From positions 80,662,001 through 80,726,000 of the forward strand of contig OZ024746.1 of assembly GCA_964016885.1 (NCBI GenBank): DNA of 64,000 nucleotides, given 5' to 3'. Of the stretch, positions 13,790 to 26,595 are shown in pieces. Source of the stretch: Eledone cirrhosa. Taxonomy: Eukaryota. The notes under the pieces were generated by a model. It made no database searches. It was not told the DNA's origin and saw only the letters and a list, made by a program, of their open reading frames with translations. Within the stretch, counting starts at the first letter, position 1, and the number at the start of each line of letters is the position of its first letter. The position numbers were made by a program, and so were the translations under genes.

Positions 13790-15760
13790 ATATCATCATC
13801 ATCAACATCATCATCATTACTGTTTAATGTCCATTTTCCATGTTAACATGGGTTAGATGTCCTGTTGGATTCTATGGCTCGATGCCCTTCCTAACGCCAA
13901 CCACATTTACTGCGTGTACTGGGTGCTTTTTATCATGACACCTACATGACAACTTTACAGTGTGGACTGAGCACTTTTTTTTTTGCGACACATACACGAC
14001 CACCTTACAGTGTGGACTGGGCACTTTTTCTTTTGCGACACATACACGACCACCTTACAGTGTGGACTGGGCACTTTTTCTTTTGCGACACATACACGAC
14101 CACCTTACAGTGTGGACTGGGCACTTTTTCTTTTGCGACACATACACGACCACCTTACAGTGTGGACTGGGCACTTTTTCTTTTGCGACACATACACGAC
14201 CACCTTACAGTGTGGACTGGGCACTTTTTCTTTTACGACACATACACGACCACCTTACTGTGTGGACTGGGCACTTTTTCTTTTGCGACACATACACGAC
14301 CACCTTACTGTGTGGACTGGGCACTTTTTCTTTTGCGACACATACACGACCACCTTACAGTGTGGACTGGGCACTTTTTCTTTTGCGACACATACACGAC
14401 CACCTTACAGTGTGGACTGGGCACTTTTTCTTTTACGACACATACACGACCACCTTACTGTGTAGACTGGGCACTTTTTCTTTTGCGACACATACACGAC
14501 CACCTTACAGTGTGGACTGGGTGCTTTTTTTTGTGACACCTACATGACCACTTTATTGTGTGGGCTGGGCTGACCACTTTACAGTGTTGGCTGGGTGCTT
14601 TTTGTCATGACACATGTACGACCCCTTTACAGTATGAATTGGGGACTTGGGTGGGGGAGGTGCATCTAGGGATGGGGTGTTAGGATGTTAAGACGTGGGA
14701 GGGGTGTTAGGATGTGGGAGATGTATGGGAGGGTGATGGAAGGGAAGATGGCGCATACTAGATGCATGCCTCAGCCCATGCATATGGGAAGGCGGGTCTT
14801 TTGTATTACTGTATAATTCCAGAGATCACGATCCCGTGGCATTGCCTTTATGAGGTGAAATTGTGCAAGGTTAGCTTTTATCACATCATCCTAAATCTAC
14901 CTAGGCTTTCCTACTCCATAGCTTCCACCAAGTTTGAGTGCTCCGCACCTTTTTATACAACTGTCATCCTTCATCAGCATCAAATGTCCATACCAACATA
15001 ATCTCTTCTTCTGTACACTGCAACTGATTCCTTTTATGCCTAATTTCTCTCTAAGTTCATTTATCCTTTGCCATTCATGTATATTACTATTACACGTCCT
15101 TCGTAGCATGGAAGCTTCATTTCTTTCCAATCTTCGCAGGTCTCCTGCACACAGTGCCCAGGTCTCCACCATGCAACATTGCTGTTTGTATACATACATC
15201 ATACACTCTGCCCTTCATTTTGAGGGAAAAACCTTCAGTAGTTAGCGGTGGTTGTAACTCTCCAAACTTTCTCCCACCCGTTCTCACTCTGGCCACAGTG
15301 TTTTTGGAACATCCTCTTGCACGGCTAATTTGGTCACCCAGGTAACAGAAACTCTCTACTGCTTTTACAGAGCCCTCTGGGCATTTTAAGGAGGTTGTAT
15401 CCTGTGGGCTTTTATAAATAGGAGAGGGCTAAGAACTGAGTCCCGATGAACACTAACCTACATGCTAAATTCTTTCCTATAGTTATTGTTAATTCTGACC
15501 TTGCTGGCTGTTCCTCTATACATGGCTTGTACTGCCCTCACAAGCCACTCATCGACTCAGTTTTTTAAGAGCCCACCAGATAATGGAATGGGAGACTCTG
15601 TCAAAAGCTTTCTCCAGCTTCATTAAAGCCAAGTAGAGGAGTTCACCGTTAGCTAGGTACTTTTCCTACTTTTCCTGCCTCGCTAAGAAGAAGGCATCTG
15701 CGGTACTTTTACTTACTATACTACAGGTGACTTGTACAGCTGGTCCTCTGTTGGAGAATC
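13790..15760 (-). mobile_element. Internally deleted RTE-clade LINE (RT fragment, C-terminus, 3' UTR, (GAT)n tail)
   Basis: Minus-strand peptides LYLALMKLEKAFDRV, VESFCYLGDQIS and ETWAL..LRRLERNEASMLR..ELREKLGI..RLCWYGHL..GKPR; 3' UTR with gttggcgttaggaagggcatc, ending in catcat repeats at ~13790. Confidence 0.88.
13981..14530 (+). repeat. 50-bp minisatellite, 11 near-identical copies, within the RTE 3' UTR
   Basis: Unit ttttgcgacacatacacgaccaccttacagtgtggactgggcactttttc; explains the three overlapping ORFs at 13946-14547. Confidence 0.96.
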
Positions 15761-15765
15761 TTTCT

Positions 15766-15796
<31 letters not shown>

Positions 15797-15798
<2 letters not shown>

Positions 15799-16020
15799 TC
15801 ATTTTATTTAGGCTAAATAGTGAGTCGCGTTATTCTGGACTTTCCCCTAGAGATAACTCCAGAGTAACAAGACTGACTATTTAGCCTTAATAAAATTAAT
15901 ATTTAAACTCTACTTCGGTATTGACTACTATTTTCTCTCAGCCGTCAACCATGTGGTGGCAAAGGGAACTTATTTGCTACACAGCCATGTCTGCGTCTAT
16001 ACCATGGTGTTTTACAGCAT
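15797..16020. mobile_element. Fold-back (hairpin) element inserted in (TA)n, Penelope-like terminus
   Basis: Inverted arms ttttatttaggctaaatagtgagtcgcgttattctgga / tccagagtaacaagactgactatttagccttaataaaa, followed by an actctact..gtattgactact tail also seen at ~36478. Confidence 0.55.
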
Positions 16021-16615
16021 ATAATACACTCTCAGCAAAATCTTCCCATCTTATCACCACAACTACAACATTCATTATCCTTCCAAACATTAACCTCCGA
16101 TTTTTTAAACTAACGTCTTCATTTTCTAGATCGGAAATTTGTATTCTCGTCTGAATTATGTGCAATGGACATAATTATATCTGTTACCCATATGGGAATA
16201 TTTAAGCAGAAAAATGAACCTGACATACAAAGGATAAAAAGCAGAGGTGAATTGGGCGGGATTTGAACACAGAACATAATTTTACCGTAACAAGGTGAGT
16301 AGTCTGATTCCTTAACAAGTCTTTCAATTTTTAAGCTTCGACGAAAGTTCGTTTTCAAGGGACATTACTCTTCTAAGATTTATAAGATTTATCTCCCTTT
16401 TAACAGGCAGCTTGATGAAAATATTTTACATTGTATTCAGGTGAATTATTTTTTTATAATCCCTCGTTAATTAATATTGATTTTATAAATAAATACAAGA
16501 TTGTTTCTGTAAAGGGGACTGATTGTATCAATTGAAATAAGTAATATTACTGATATTTATTTTATCGACATTAAGAGAGATGCTGATGCAGCAAGATTTC
16601 AATTCTGTACTAGCT

Positions 16616-16847
16616 AACATAATCTCTTCTTCTGTACACTGCAACTGATTCCTTTTATGCCGAATTTCTCTCTAAGTTCATTTATCCTTTGCCATTCGTG
16701 TATATTACTATTACACGTCCTTCGTAGCATGGAAGCTTCATTTCTTTCCAATCTTCGCAGGTCTCCTGCACACAGTGCCCAGGTCTCCACCATGCAACAT
16801 TGCTGTTTGTATACATACATCATACACTCTGCCCTTCATTTTGAGGG
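16616..16847 (-). mobile_element. 232-bp near-exact copy of RTE segment 14995-15226
   Basis: Direct comparison shows only 2 mismatches and the same peptide (ORFs 14897-15202 and 16614-16823). Confidence 0.9.
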
Positions 16848-18563
16848 CAAAAAGAACACAAAGCGACAAATTTGGCTATTTTCTGGTTATTTCAACTCTT
16901 TCAGTCTGACATTATGAGGTAGATAAGACAGGAATTTTCTGTTAATAAGCTTTAAGTCTCCTATTTATTTTTGTTTTTTTTACTCACTTTTTTTTAAAAT
17001 TGGGAACCATAAATAAAAAAGGACAAATGATAGTTCCCTGAACTAAAAACGACTTGATATATTAACCCTTTCAATACCAAACTGTCTGGAAACAACTGTT
17101 GCATTGGTGAGTCTTTCTGTCATTACCCAAGATTCATGACAATAGGTAAAGGTAGGCATGAACACAGATTTTAAGATAGCGAATTTAACTTTAACATCTA
17201 TCTCTCTTCTGTAACTGAGTACTGAAGCATGCACATTAGTGCACCAGTTCCAGCAGTAACTAAGAGATGTAACTCCTTGAAGTAAGTCAGACATGTAAAA
17301 GTCTACAGTTTCTCTACATCTGATGAACACAGTTTCTTTATTTACATGTTCAAAGATGAGAAACAAATAATAAATGAATAAATTAAATCCTTTAGAATTT
17401 AAATTTCCTTATTTGTGTGTAGCAACAGCACTATGGGTTTTACTTGGATTATATTGAGCCTAGAGTTATGGTCCTTTACGTTCTGAGTTCAAATCCGACC
17501 GAGGTTAACTTTGCCTTTCATCATTATGGGGTTGATTAAATAAAGCTCCAGTGATGCACTCGGGTAATTGCTGGCCTTGTGCCAACAGTAGAAACAATTG
17601 TTACTAACTATTAAGGGTGGTAGGTGGGTAGAATCATACAAGAGTCAGACAAAATGCCTTGTGATATTTTCATTGGTTCTTTACGTTCCAAGTTCAAATC
17701 CTGCACAGGCCAACTTTGTCTTTCATTCTTCTAAAGTAAAAATAAATAGATAAATAAAAAAAATGACTTAAGTACTGTAATTATTTTAATCGACTTTCCA
17801 CTCACCCCAGAATTGCTGGCCTCATGATTATATTTGAAATGTTTATTACTAACTACCACATGATTATATTAATTCTCTATTCATCAATCTTAAATCATGT
17901 AGTTACTGCATAAGATTTTTCTCATCATCATAATCACCTTAATTATAATTTTACTTTCATATGTGTTGAAGATGTTGTCAGAGTCCGAGACTAGACAGGT
18001 TGGAAAATTCCTAATACTAACCACTTTACAGAGTATACTGGGTGCGTTAGTAAATTCCATCAGGATTAGAACTTGGAACAGAAAGGGGTGAAACTAAAAT
18101 CTTTAATATATTTATTATTACATACACATATGGATTTAGTCTCATGAGTACCAGTATGCAAATGAGTGTGTGTCTAGGTACATGATGATGATGGTGACCA
18201 TGATGATGATGATGAACATCATTATCATCATCATCATGTATTATCTGTTCTCAAGTGGTTGAATAACATTAATTAATCCATGGGTGTGTACAGGATGGGG
18301 GTTCAGTTCCTTCTATGGTGACTGGTAGGCTAAAGTGGGATTTGAACTCAGAATATAAACTGCTGGGTATCCTGTTTGTCATTCTTATTGTTCTACCAAA
18401 ACAATGAAAGTCATACTTGACCCCAACAGGACTTTAACTCAGAAAGTAAAGAACTGTAATAAATTTTAAAAGGCATTTTGCCATCCCTCAAAGCTTTTTC
18501 GATTTCACCACATACTTATTTATATTTTAACCCTTTTATTACCATATTTATAAATCAAATACA

Positions 18564-18912
18564 TGGAGGAACATGTCTTAGTGGTTAGAACGTTGGCCTT
18601 GCAATCGAAAGGTTGTAAGTTCAATTCTCAGACCGGGTGATGTGCTGTTTCCTTGAGCAAGACACTTTATTTCACATTGCTCCAGTTTACTCAACTGTAG
18701 AAATGAGATGATAGGGACTGGAGCCCCTATCATTCCACTGCAAAGTGGTCGTGGAGGTGCCATGGATAAAAAGCACCCAGCACTCACTGTAAATGAGGTT
18801 GGTGTTAGGAAGGGCATCCAGCTGTAGAAATCGAGCCAGAATCAGTTCCCGTCTCACCCTTGCAAGCAGGGAAAAGCAGATGTAAAAATGATGATGAGGA
18901 TGATGATGATGA
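18564..18912 (+). mobile_element. tRNA-head/CORE-like SINE with RTE-derived 3' tail, nested in a TTAA MITE (18527-~19125)
   Basis: tagtggttagaacgttgg..gttcaattc..ccttgagcaagacactt..ggttggtgttaggaagggcatccagctgtagaaa..(gat)n; near-identical copy at 46770-47086. Confidence 0.8.
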
Positions 18913-19505
18913 TTGTATTTGATTTAAGTAATGACGAATGTGGAAAGATTTACTATAATAATTAACTACTTCATTAAGATAGTATTTCTAAGATAATGTA
19001 ACAAAAGGTTCTTATATTAAATTATATTGAAAGATTTTTGATTTGAATAGGAACTCTTAAAAATGGTGGGGGTTTGTGTCTTGGAACCAGATGTGGTTTT
19101 GGGTTGGTTGGTATCTAAAGTTTTAAGAAGTAGCCTTTAGCTGAAACACTGACCATATGAAGGACACCTAGGCACCACCTTGTCAGTTTACATGCATACA
19201 TACACATACACACACAGCTACACACACATACACACACACATATACAACTACACATGCACAGTTAAGAGTGGGTAAATAAATCATAAAACGTGGCTCCAAA
19301 CACAGATACTGACATTGTAACAGACTCTTCGCGACAATGAGGGTATAGGACAAAGCCCCCCCCCCCCACACACACACACAAATAGTTCATTCTGTAACTC
19401 TCCCCCTCTATCTCCAACTAAACTCTTTTCTCCACTTACCCCTCATTTCCTTACTGCTTAAAAACAGCATCTGGAAATAGCTGAAAATATACAAATAATT
19501 CAGTT

Positions 19506-19540
<35 letters not shown>

Positions 19541-19909
19541 TTTACATCCGCTTTTCCCTGCTTGCAAGGGTGGGACGGGAACTGATTCTGGCTTGATTTC
19601 TACAGCTGGATGCCCTTCCTAACACCAACCATTTGCAATTGAAACAGCTTGACCTCAGCCATTGGGCAATAACTTTTCACTATCTATCTATCTACTTACC
19701 TACCTACCTATCTACCTATCTATTTATATATTTCCTTGAATATATTTTTTGCTTGCTATGTTCTTAATCTTAATATACAATACCTAAATATAATTTGTAT
19801 AAATGAAGCTCTGTATAGATATAGTTTTTAGCCTGTATAATGCATTTGAGTTATTTATGGTTCAATATAATTGAAACAGTTTTATTTTGATCTACTTTTA
19901 TATATATAC

Positions 19910-19988
<79 letters not shown>

Positions 19989-20176
19989 TGAAAGACTGGG
20001 AGGTTATATCGAAAGGTGGTAGAGCACTCAGTCTAAAGGACAAGTTCAGTATAGAGTTAGTTCCACAACAAGTATTTATAAATATTTCTGTTCTTGCTAT
20101 AACCATACACAAGTTGAAGAATCCTTCGGTATAGTTTGTTAATTTGTTGCAGAACTATTTCTCTCTCTCTCTCTCG

Positions 20177-20259
<83 letters not shown>

Positions 20260-20379
20260 AATAACAGGAGGCTGGACTGGTGTAATTCCTTAAAAGGTTT
20301 ATTATACTATGACCATTTCAATCCAGTTCTATCCAGTGGTGAACCAACAAACCTAAATAAATATATCATCATCATCATC

Positions 20380-20600
20380 ATCGTGCAATGTTAATGTACA
20401 TGAATGATGCAGTATGAATGAGCTGAGAGAAAAACTGGGCATATAACGTATCAAATGTTGCATGTTGGAAAGAAGATTGCAGAGGTGTGGATATGTAATG
20501 CATATAGATAATGATTTTGGGGTGAAGAAGTACCAGGAGTTCTATCTAGAAGAATACCGTGGAAAAGGAAGACAAAGAAAGACTAGAGCAGAGGAGGTAA
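20380..20600 (+). mobile_element. RTE LINE C-terminal relic
   Basis: NELREKLGI..RRLQRCGYVMH..GKGRQRKT, homologous to 14897-15200. Confidence 0.7.
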
Positions 20601-22289
20601 ACAATGGAAAAAAAAAACATTTGGAGAAATGCTCTATGATGATGATGACGATGATGATTATGATGATAGTGGTTGTAGTTAAGGTGGTGGTGATGATGAT
20701 AAGGGATGGTGGTGGTGGTAAATGATGAATGCACACTGTATTGGTACTATAGTAATTATGTAATGTATTTAGTTTACTACTTCATTATCTCAGCTATCTT
20801 AATTCCTCCTCTTTACCTGCCCAGTCTTCATATAACAACGAAAACATTCATATAGAGTTACATTGTCTGTCGTTATCATATAAGTCAGTGATATTTAGAC
20901 TCTTACATTCCATATACAGATATCATCTACAACTGGGAGCCAATACTGTAGATCATTTAAAACGTTCTGAAAATATTTACAAAAGAAAGGAAACTTACTT
21001 TATCAGTATAGTGATAACAGAAAAACAAATAAATCGTAATCACTGTGCTTGAAACTGGATATGATTAGCAGACATATCAGATAAAGAAAATGTAATGGAA
21101 TTGACCTCTGCCAGCTTCTGTGATAAGTGTCCCCATTGTTTAATCAACAAAACAGCCTACTCGTAAAATTACTATACAAGTGGTTGAGCATTCTACAGAC
21201 TCATGTACCCGTAACGTGATTCTCAGGGAGATTCAGTGTGGATTACAGGTACAGTCCATTTGATGGGCTTCGAAACAGTTTCCATTTACCTAATTCCACC
21301 CACAGTAGGCACCTCTTAACCAAATATACTACCCCTACACTATCCTCCCACTCCCACCAACACCACCCTATCTCTGTAAAGTTAGTACCACAACATCCAG
21401 TCCAAATAAATGAGATAATGACATCGAGATCGTGTAGGTGTCATGACAAAAAACACAGTTCACGCTGTAATGTGGCCATGTAGGTAACACGGTAAAAAGT
21501 TCCCAGTTCCACACTGTAAATGTGGTTGGTGTTAGGAAGGGCATCCAGCCGTAGAAAACCTGCCAGATAGTCCTATATGAGCGACACACGGTCACCCGAC
21601 CAGCCTTGCCTCAAGTGGGACAACTCCCGTCTAACCCATGCTAGCGTGGAAGATGGACGTTAAACGAAGATGATGAAGACATGGGTCAACCTGAGAATGT
21701 GGTAAATGACACTTTCCCAAGATACCACGCAGAAGGATCGAAACCTAGACCTAATGATTGCGAAATGAATTTCTTAACCATTCAGCCATGCTGCTTCCAC
21801 AGATAAAGATAATTTAACTGACATAATAAAAACATATTTAGAACAGAAAATTCTAAACACGAAAGGATAAAAAAATGTGAGAAAGGGAGATAACTCTTGC
21901 TAGCATCCAGAAATTATGATTTCTTTTTACTTGAATAATAAATTCTTCAGAATATATTTTTTAAAAAATTAACAATATTGATTAATACTTATTCTCTTCC
22001 AAGGGCAAGTAAAGTTAATGAAGAAAAGTAGTTACAGTTGATAATTGAAACTGAGTAGCTGATATACATTAGAAAGTGCACCTTTAGTCAAGGGAGCAGA
22101 CCTGCCAACCTTTAAAAACCCAAACGGGGAGTACCATGAAAAAAAGTGCCCCCAAACAGGGAGAAATAAGGCAAAATGGGGAGATTTGACATAATGAAAG
22201 AGAAGACATCTCTCACTCACTCCAAAGTGGGTGGGAGCTCTCACCGTCGGATGGAGAGAGTTGATAGGTCTGAGGAAGGTTCTATGAAA

Positions 22290-22785
22290 GCATAGTATAA
22301 GAACAGGGTGTAAAAAGTTCAGGTAGCTACTACAGGGAGCTGACAACAAAAGGATTCTCTCTCCATGTTGAAAGGTAGATTATTATAATGCTTGTCTACA
22401 AAGTGTAATGTTGCATGATAGTTAGAAATTGACATTGAATGCAGGGATGTGTAAAGGTAGGAAATAAATAAAATGTGTATGTTTTGCTGGATGTATATTG
22501 GGGAAAAATAAAACTCTAGCTATAAGAAGAATCGAATGTAGTGTGCAAAAGAGAAAACTGCACTGGCATAGACCTGTAAAGTGTGCAAATATGGATAGTT
22601 GGGTAAAGAAGTACCAGGAATACTATGTGAAACGTGGAAGTTGCAGAAGAGGAAGACCAAGGAAGATCTCCACAGACATGCTGAACTTCACAAAGGAACA
22701 CAACAAATGGTGAGGTGCTGTTTTGGAGAGGACCAGTTCAATCTATGTAAGCATGGAAAAGTGGATGAAGATGTTGATGATTATG
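22290..22785 (+). mobile_element. RTE LINE 3' relic
   Basis: YNACLQSVMLH..IRRIECSVQKRKLHWH..RGRPRK, ending in a gat-type tail. Confidence 0.7.
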
Positions 22786-22959
22786 ATCCAGGGCAGCTAG
22801 ATAAAGTAACCAAGCAGAAACTTCAAAGTCACTGCCACTTTCTTACTTAGAAAATAAATTTCTACATTTTATCCACCAGTATTGCATGTTTATTCAGTAT
22901 TAATGTTTGAATACTATGGTATTTGAAACACATTTTCTAATGATAGTGATATATATATA

Positions 22960-22960
22960 T

Positions 22961-22992
<32 letters not shown>

Positions 22993-23530
22993 TTAACGTC
23001 CTATCTTCCACACTAGCATGGGTTAGACAGGTTTGTCTCCTTTGAGGCAAGTTTGGTCGGGTCACCATGTCTCGCTCATATAGAACTGTTTCTGGCTGGT
23101 TTTCTATGGCTGGATGCTCTTCCTAATGCCAACCACTTTTACAGAGTGTGCTGGGTGCTTTTTGCCGTGTCTCCTACACGACCACTTTACAGTGTGGACT
23201 GAGTACTTTTTGTTGTGACACCTACACGACCACTTTATAGTGTGGGCTAGATGTTTTCTGGTACCAACATAACTTTAAAGAGTAAGGGGGGTGTGGGCGG
23301 AAGTAGGAGGGAGGTGTAAGGGGTGTAGGGTGTATATTGGATTAAGAGGTGCCTACTGAGTATAAGTTTAAGTCCATGCGCAAGGGAAGGCGGGACTTCT
23401 GCATTACTGCATAGCACCAAAGATCTTGACCCTGTGTCATTGTCTTAGAGAGGTTCAAGTGTGCAAGGTCAGCTTTTATCACCTCGTCTCATGTCTTTCT
23501 GGGTCTACCTACTTCGTAGCTTCCATCAAT
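22960..23530 (-). mobile_element. RTE LINE 3' end with (GAT)n tail
   Basis: Colinear with the 3' UTR at 13790-14940; the inverse-orientation relative lies at ~21340-21680. Confidence 0.75.
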
Positions 23531-23569
23531 TTATATATGTACGTGTACAGCTCAATGTACAAAATGTTT

Positions 23570-23885
23570 TTTTCCCCTTTCAGATAGACATGCTTAATCA
23601 CCACCTTTTAAAACAAGTTTATCTTACATAAAACCCCAGCATCAACAGTTTACCAAGAGATGATAACACGAATGGACCTGTTATTTTCCCCTAAAATTCT
23701 TTTCTGTTTCTGCCACTGTCTAGCGTCTCAATCTTTCTATTTCATCTTTCATTTTTCATTCTATTTTCTGATGAAGGACTAGTGTCCGAAACATTAAGAC
23801 TCTTTTCCTACTATATCAAGTGTAAAAACTAATGATATATTTCTTTATTGTACTGTGTCATTTGCTTTGTTATTTCTGTTTGCCA
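23570..23885 (+). mobile_element. Penelope-like element 3' end/pLTR relic with degenerate hammerhead motif
   Basis: CTGATGA-a-GGAC-tagt-GTCC-GAAA-cattaagac at 23768-23800; T-rich pLTR-like context ending in CA/TA repeats; upstream NKFILHKTPA resembles a GIY-YIG C-terminal E..FI....P.LN motif. Confidence 0.55.
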
Positions 23886-24149
23886 CACACACATATATAT
23901 ATATAGAGAGAGAGAGAGGAGAGATAGATAGATATATAGATAGTTTAATCTTAAATCTACTTTTCAGCAATTTGTTGAATTAAAAGGATTTAGAAACAAA
24001 CCAAAAAAAAAAAAAAGAAAGGAAAAGGTTTTTGAAAATCTCTATAATTTTATTTTCCCAAAATTAGATTACATTCGATTAGGCTAGCAAGAAAAGAATT
24101 CGATTCTTTCTTCTCCTTTTTGTTAAGTCGATTTATATTTCCAGGAATT

Positions 24150-24215
24150 TTCCGATGGTTTTGATTAGTGACGTCACATCCGGTTTATTTGAAAGACTTC
24201 TATATACAAGTATGT
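24150..24215 (+). promoter_or_regulatory. Candidate promoter (CRE + ETS motifs)
   Basis: Perfect TGACGTCA (24169-24176) adjacent to CATCCGGT (ETS-type ACCGGATG on minus), with locally retained CpGs in a CpG-poor genome and a donor-like aa/GTATGT at ~24210. Confidence 0.4.
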
Positions 24216-26595
24216 TTTTGTTTTTGTTACTGTTTCAGGATTTTTATATTTATTTATTTATTTATCATGTTATTTTGTTTGATACTTCTAGTTGGAAACA
24301 GCTCGTATTTAACTTGCTACAATGGTGGATTGATACTGAATAGAACAAACGGCCAATACCCACAATGGAAGAAATATGATTATTCAAAGAGAAATGGTAA
24401 AAAAAAAATTAAATTGAAAAAAATACATATTCACCAGAATGAACTGAATGAAATGTTTGTTGCTTGCATAATAGAAAACAATATCTAATCTTGTTTAGAT
24501 TCTATCAGAAAATATAATAAATATATTAAAATAAAATATTGCGTCTTTGTTTATTTCTACTTTCTATTTATTTTTGTTCATTTCAGAATCCCAATAAAAT
24601 ATCATTCATATTGGCAGAATTGTTAGAAAACCAGACAAGAAGCCTTGTAGATTTTAGTTATGATCCTTTCTGTTTAGAGTTCAAATCATGCCAAAGTCAA
24701 CTTCACCTTTTTTCCTTGTATGATTGATAAAATCCATCATTCATTTCCCTGCAAAAATGTTGTCCAGATCATTTACATTGTTTTTGAGAGAGAGAGAGGG
24801 ATTGGACTCTGTGCACTGTGTAAGTAGTAGTGCTGGTGTCATGATAAAATATATCCAGTCCATTTTACAAAGTGATAGGTCTGTTACCATGATTAAATGC
24901 ACCATGCCCACTTTATAAACTGGTAGTGCTGGTGCTAGGATAACATCCACCTGGTATACTCTGTAAAAGAAGGGCATTTAGCCAAAGTATGAAATGTATG
25001 AGCAAGATGTGGTTTTTTAACATGCCTTGTTTCAGACCTGTGACAACCTGCCTAACCTAAGCAAACATGAATAACTGACATAAAACAATGAAGATGATGA
25101 TAATGGTGGTGGTGGTGATTATGATGATATTATATAACCAATTATGTATTTGTAAAATATATATATATACTGCACTGTGACTTTCAATCAAAAAATCATC
25201 CACCCGATAAATTTTTATTCAAATAGTGCATCCACTCTAACAATCTATGAACCAACAATTCAACCATGCTTACTGAACAATGCATTGAACATTGCATTGA
25301 AGAAGCTATCTTTGCGACTTGTAATTAATTCTGAAAACCATTTGCCCATATAGATTTTTTTTCTGCTGCACAAATACAACACAAACTTCGAAGAAACCCC
25401 ATTTAATAATCAATAACTGTTGTGGTCACTATCAATGAATCAACAAATCAACTAACAGTTTTAAAATTTACGTTTGGAGCAATGTCACTGTGATTTTTTG
25501 CCAACCAAATTAGACATTAAATGAAATTGTTAGTAGTAACTGTCTCTGATTTAGGCAGAGGGCCAACAATTTTTAGGGAGGTGAAAGTCAATTAAATCAA
25601 TGCTGGTGTATTATTGGAACTTTATTTTACTGACCCTGTAAGGATGAAAGGTAAAGTTAACCTCAGCAGGATTTAAACTCAGAACATAGAGTGACATAAC
25701 TATTTGTCGTAAAGCATGTTGTCTGATGCTCTACCAATACTCCCAATCCATTGCCCTAAAAATTGTTAGTAATAATAATTACTAATTTAGGCAGAAGGCC
25801 AGAAATTTTGGGCAAAGGGAAAGTTGATTATATTTACCCCAGTATTTGACTGGTACTATATTTTATTGACCCAGGAAGGATGAAAGGTAAAAATAACTTC
25901 GGTGGGATTTGAACTCAGTCCATAATGAGAGAGAAGAAATACTCCAAAGCATTTATTCCAATGCTAATATTCCACCCTTAATTATAAATAATAATAATTT
26001 TTGATAATAATACAAGGTCACATATGTTTGAGGAGGGTATGTTTGATTGAATTGATTCTAGTGTGTTACTGGTATTTACCTTGTTAACTCCCAGATGAAT
26101 GAAATGCAAAAGCCTTGTTGTACCAATAACTTATCTGTTGTTATTTTACATATACTGTACCATGTGACTCAACCTAGTGGTCACATGAACATACTGTTTA
26201 TCAAAACTAACATGGATGAACTAGGCAGTTCAATAAAACCTCTAGAGGTAAAATATCTCATTCAACTGTGCTATTACTTGGATTATTACTATACTAAACT
26301 TCAATCTTGGTAAGAAATGCCAACTTTCTTATAACTGTCTAAGATGTATACACCTTCAAATGAATGATATCTACTAAAAGTATTGTAGAAAATGGTAGCT
26401 ATCTTTGTATGTGACATGAGTCAATTAGTCTCAAGTAATTTCATGTCTATAAAAAAAAGGAGGAAAATACCTGCTAAAAAAAAAAGAGAGAAAAGAAAAT
26501 AAGGAGGAAAGTATGTTTAAAGGTATTTATTTATATATCATCATTTCATTTCATTTTATGTCCGTTTTTTCCCTGCTTGCAAATATATATATATA

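Noticed and set aside
13946-14547. Three overlapping repetitive ORFs or a CRISPR-like array
   Set aside because: A pure 50-bp tandem repeat with no unique spacers, lying in a LINE 3' UTR; eukaryotic context with no cas genes.
24210-24238. GT...AG micro-intron of ~29 nt (similar one at ~20968-20998 on minus)
   Set aside because: Too short for a normal metazoan spliceosomal intron, and there is no supporting ORF.
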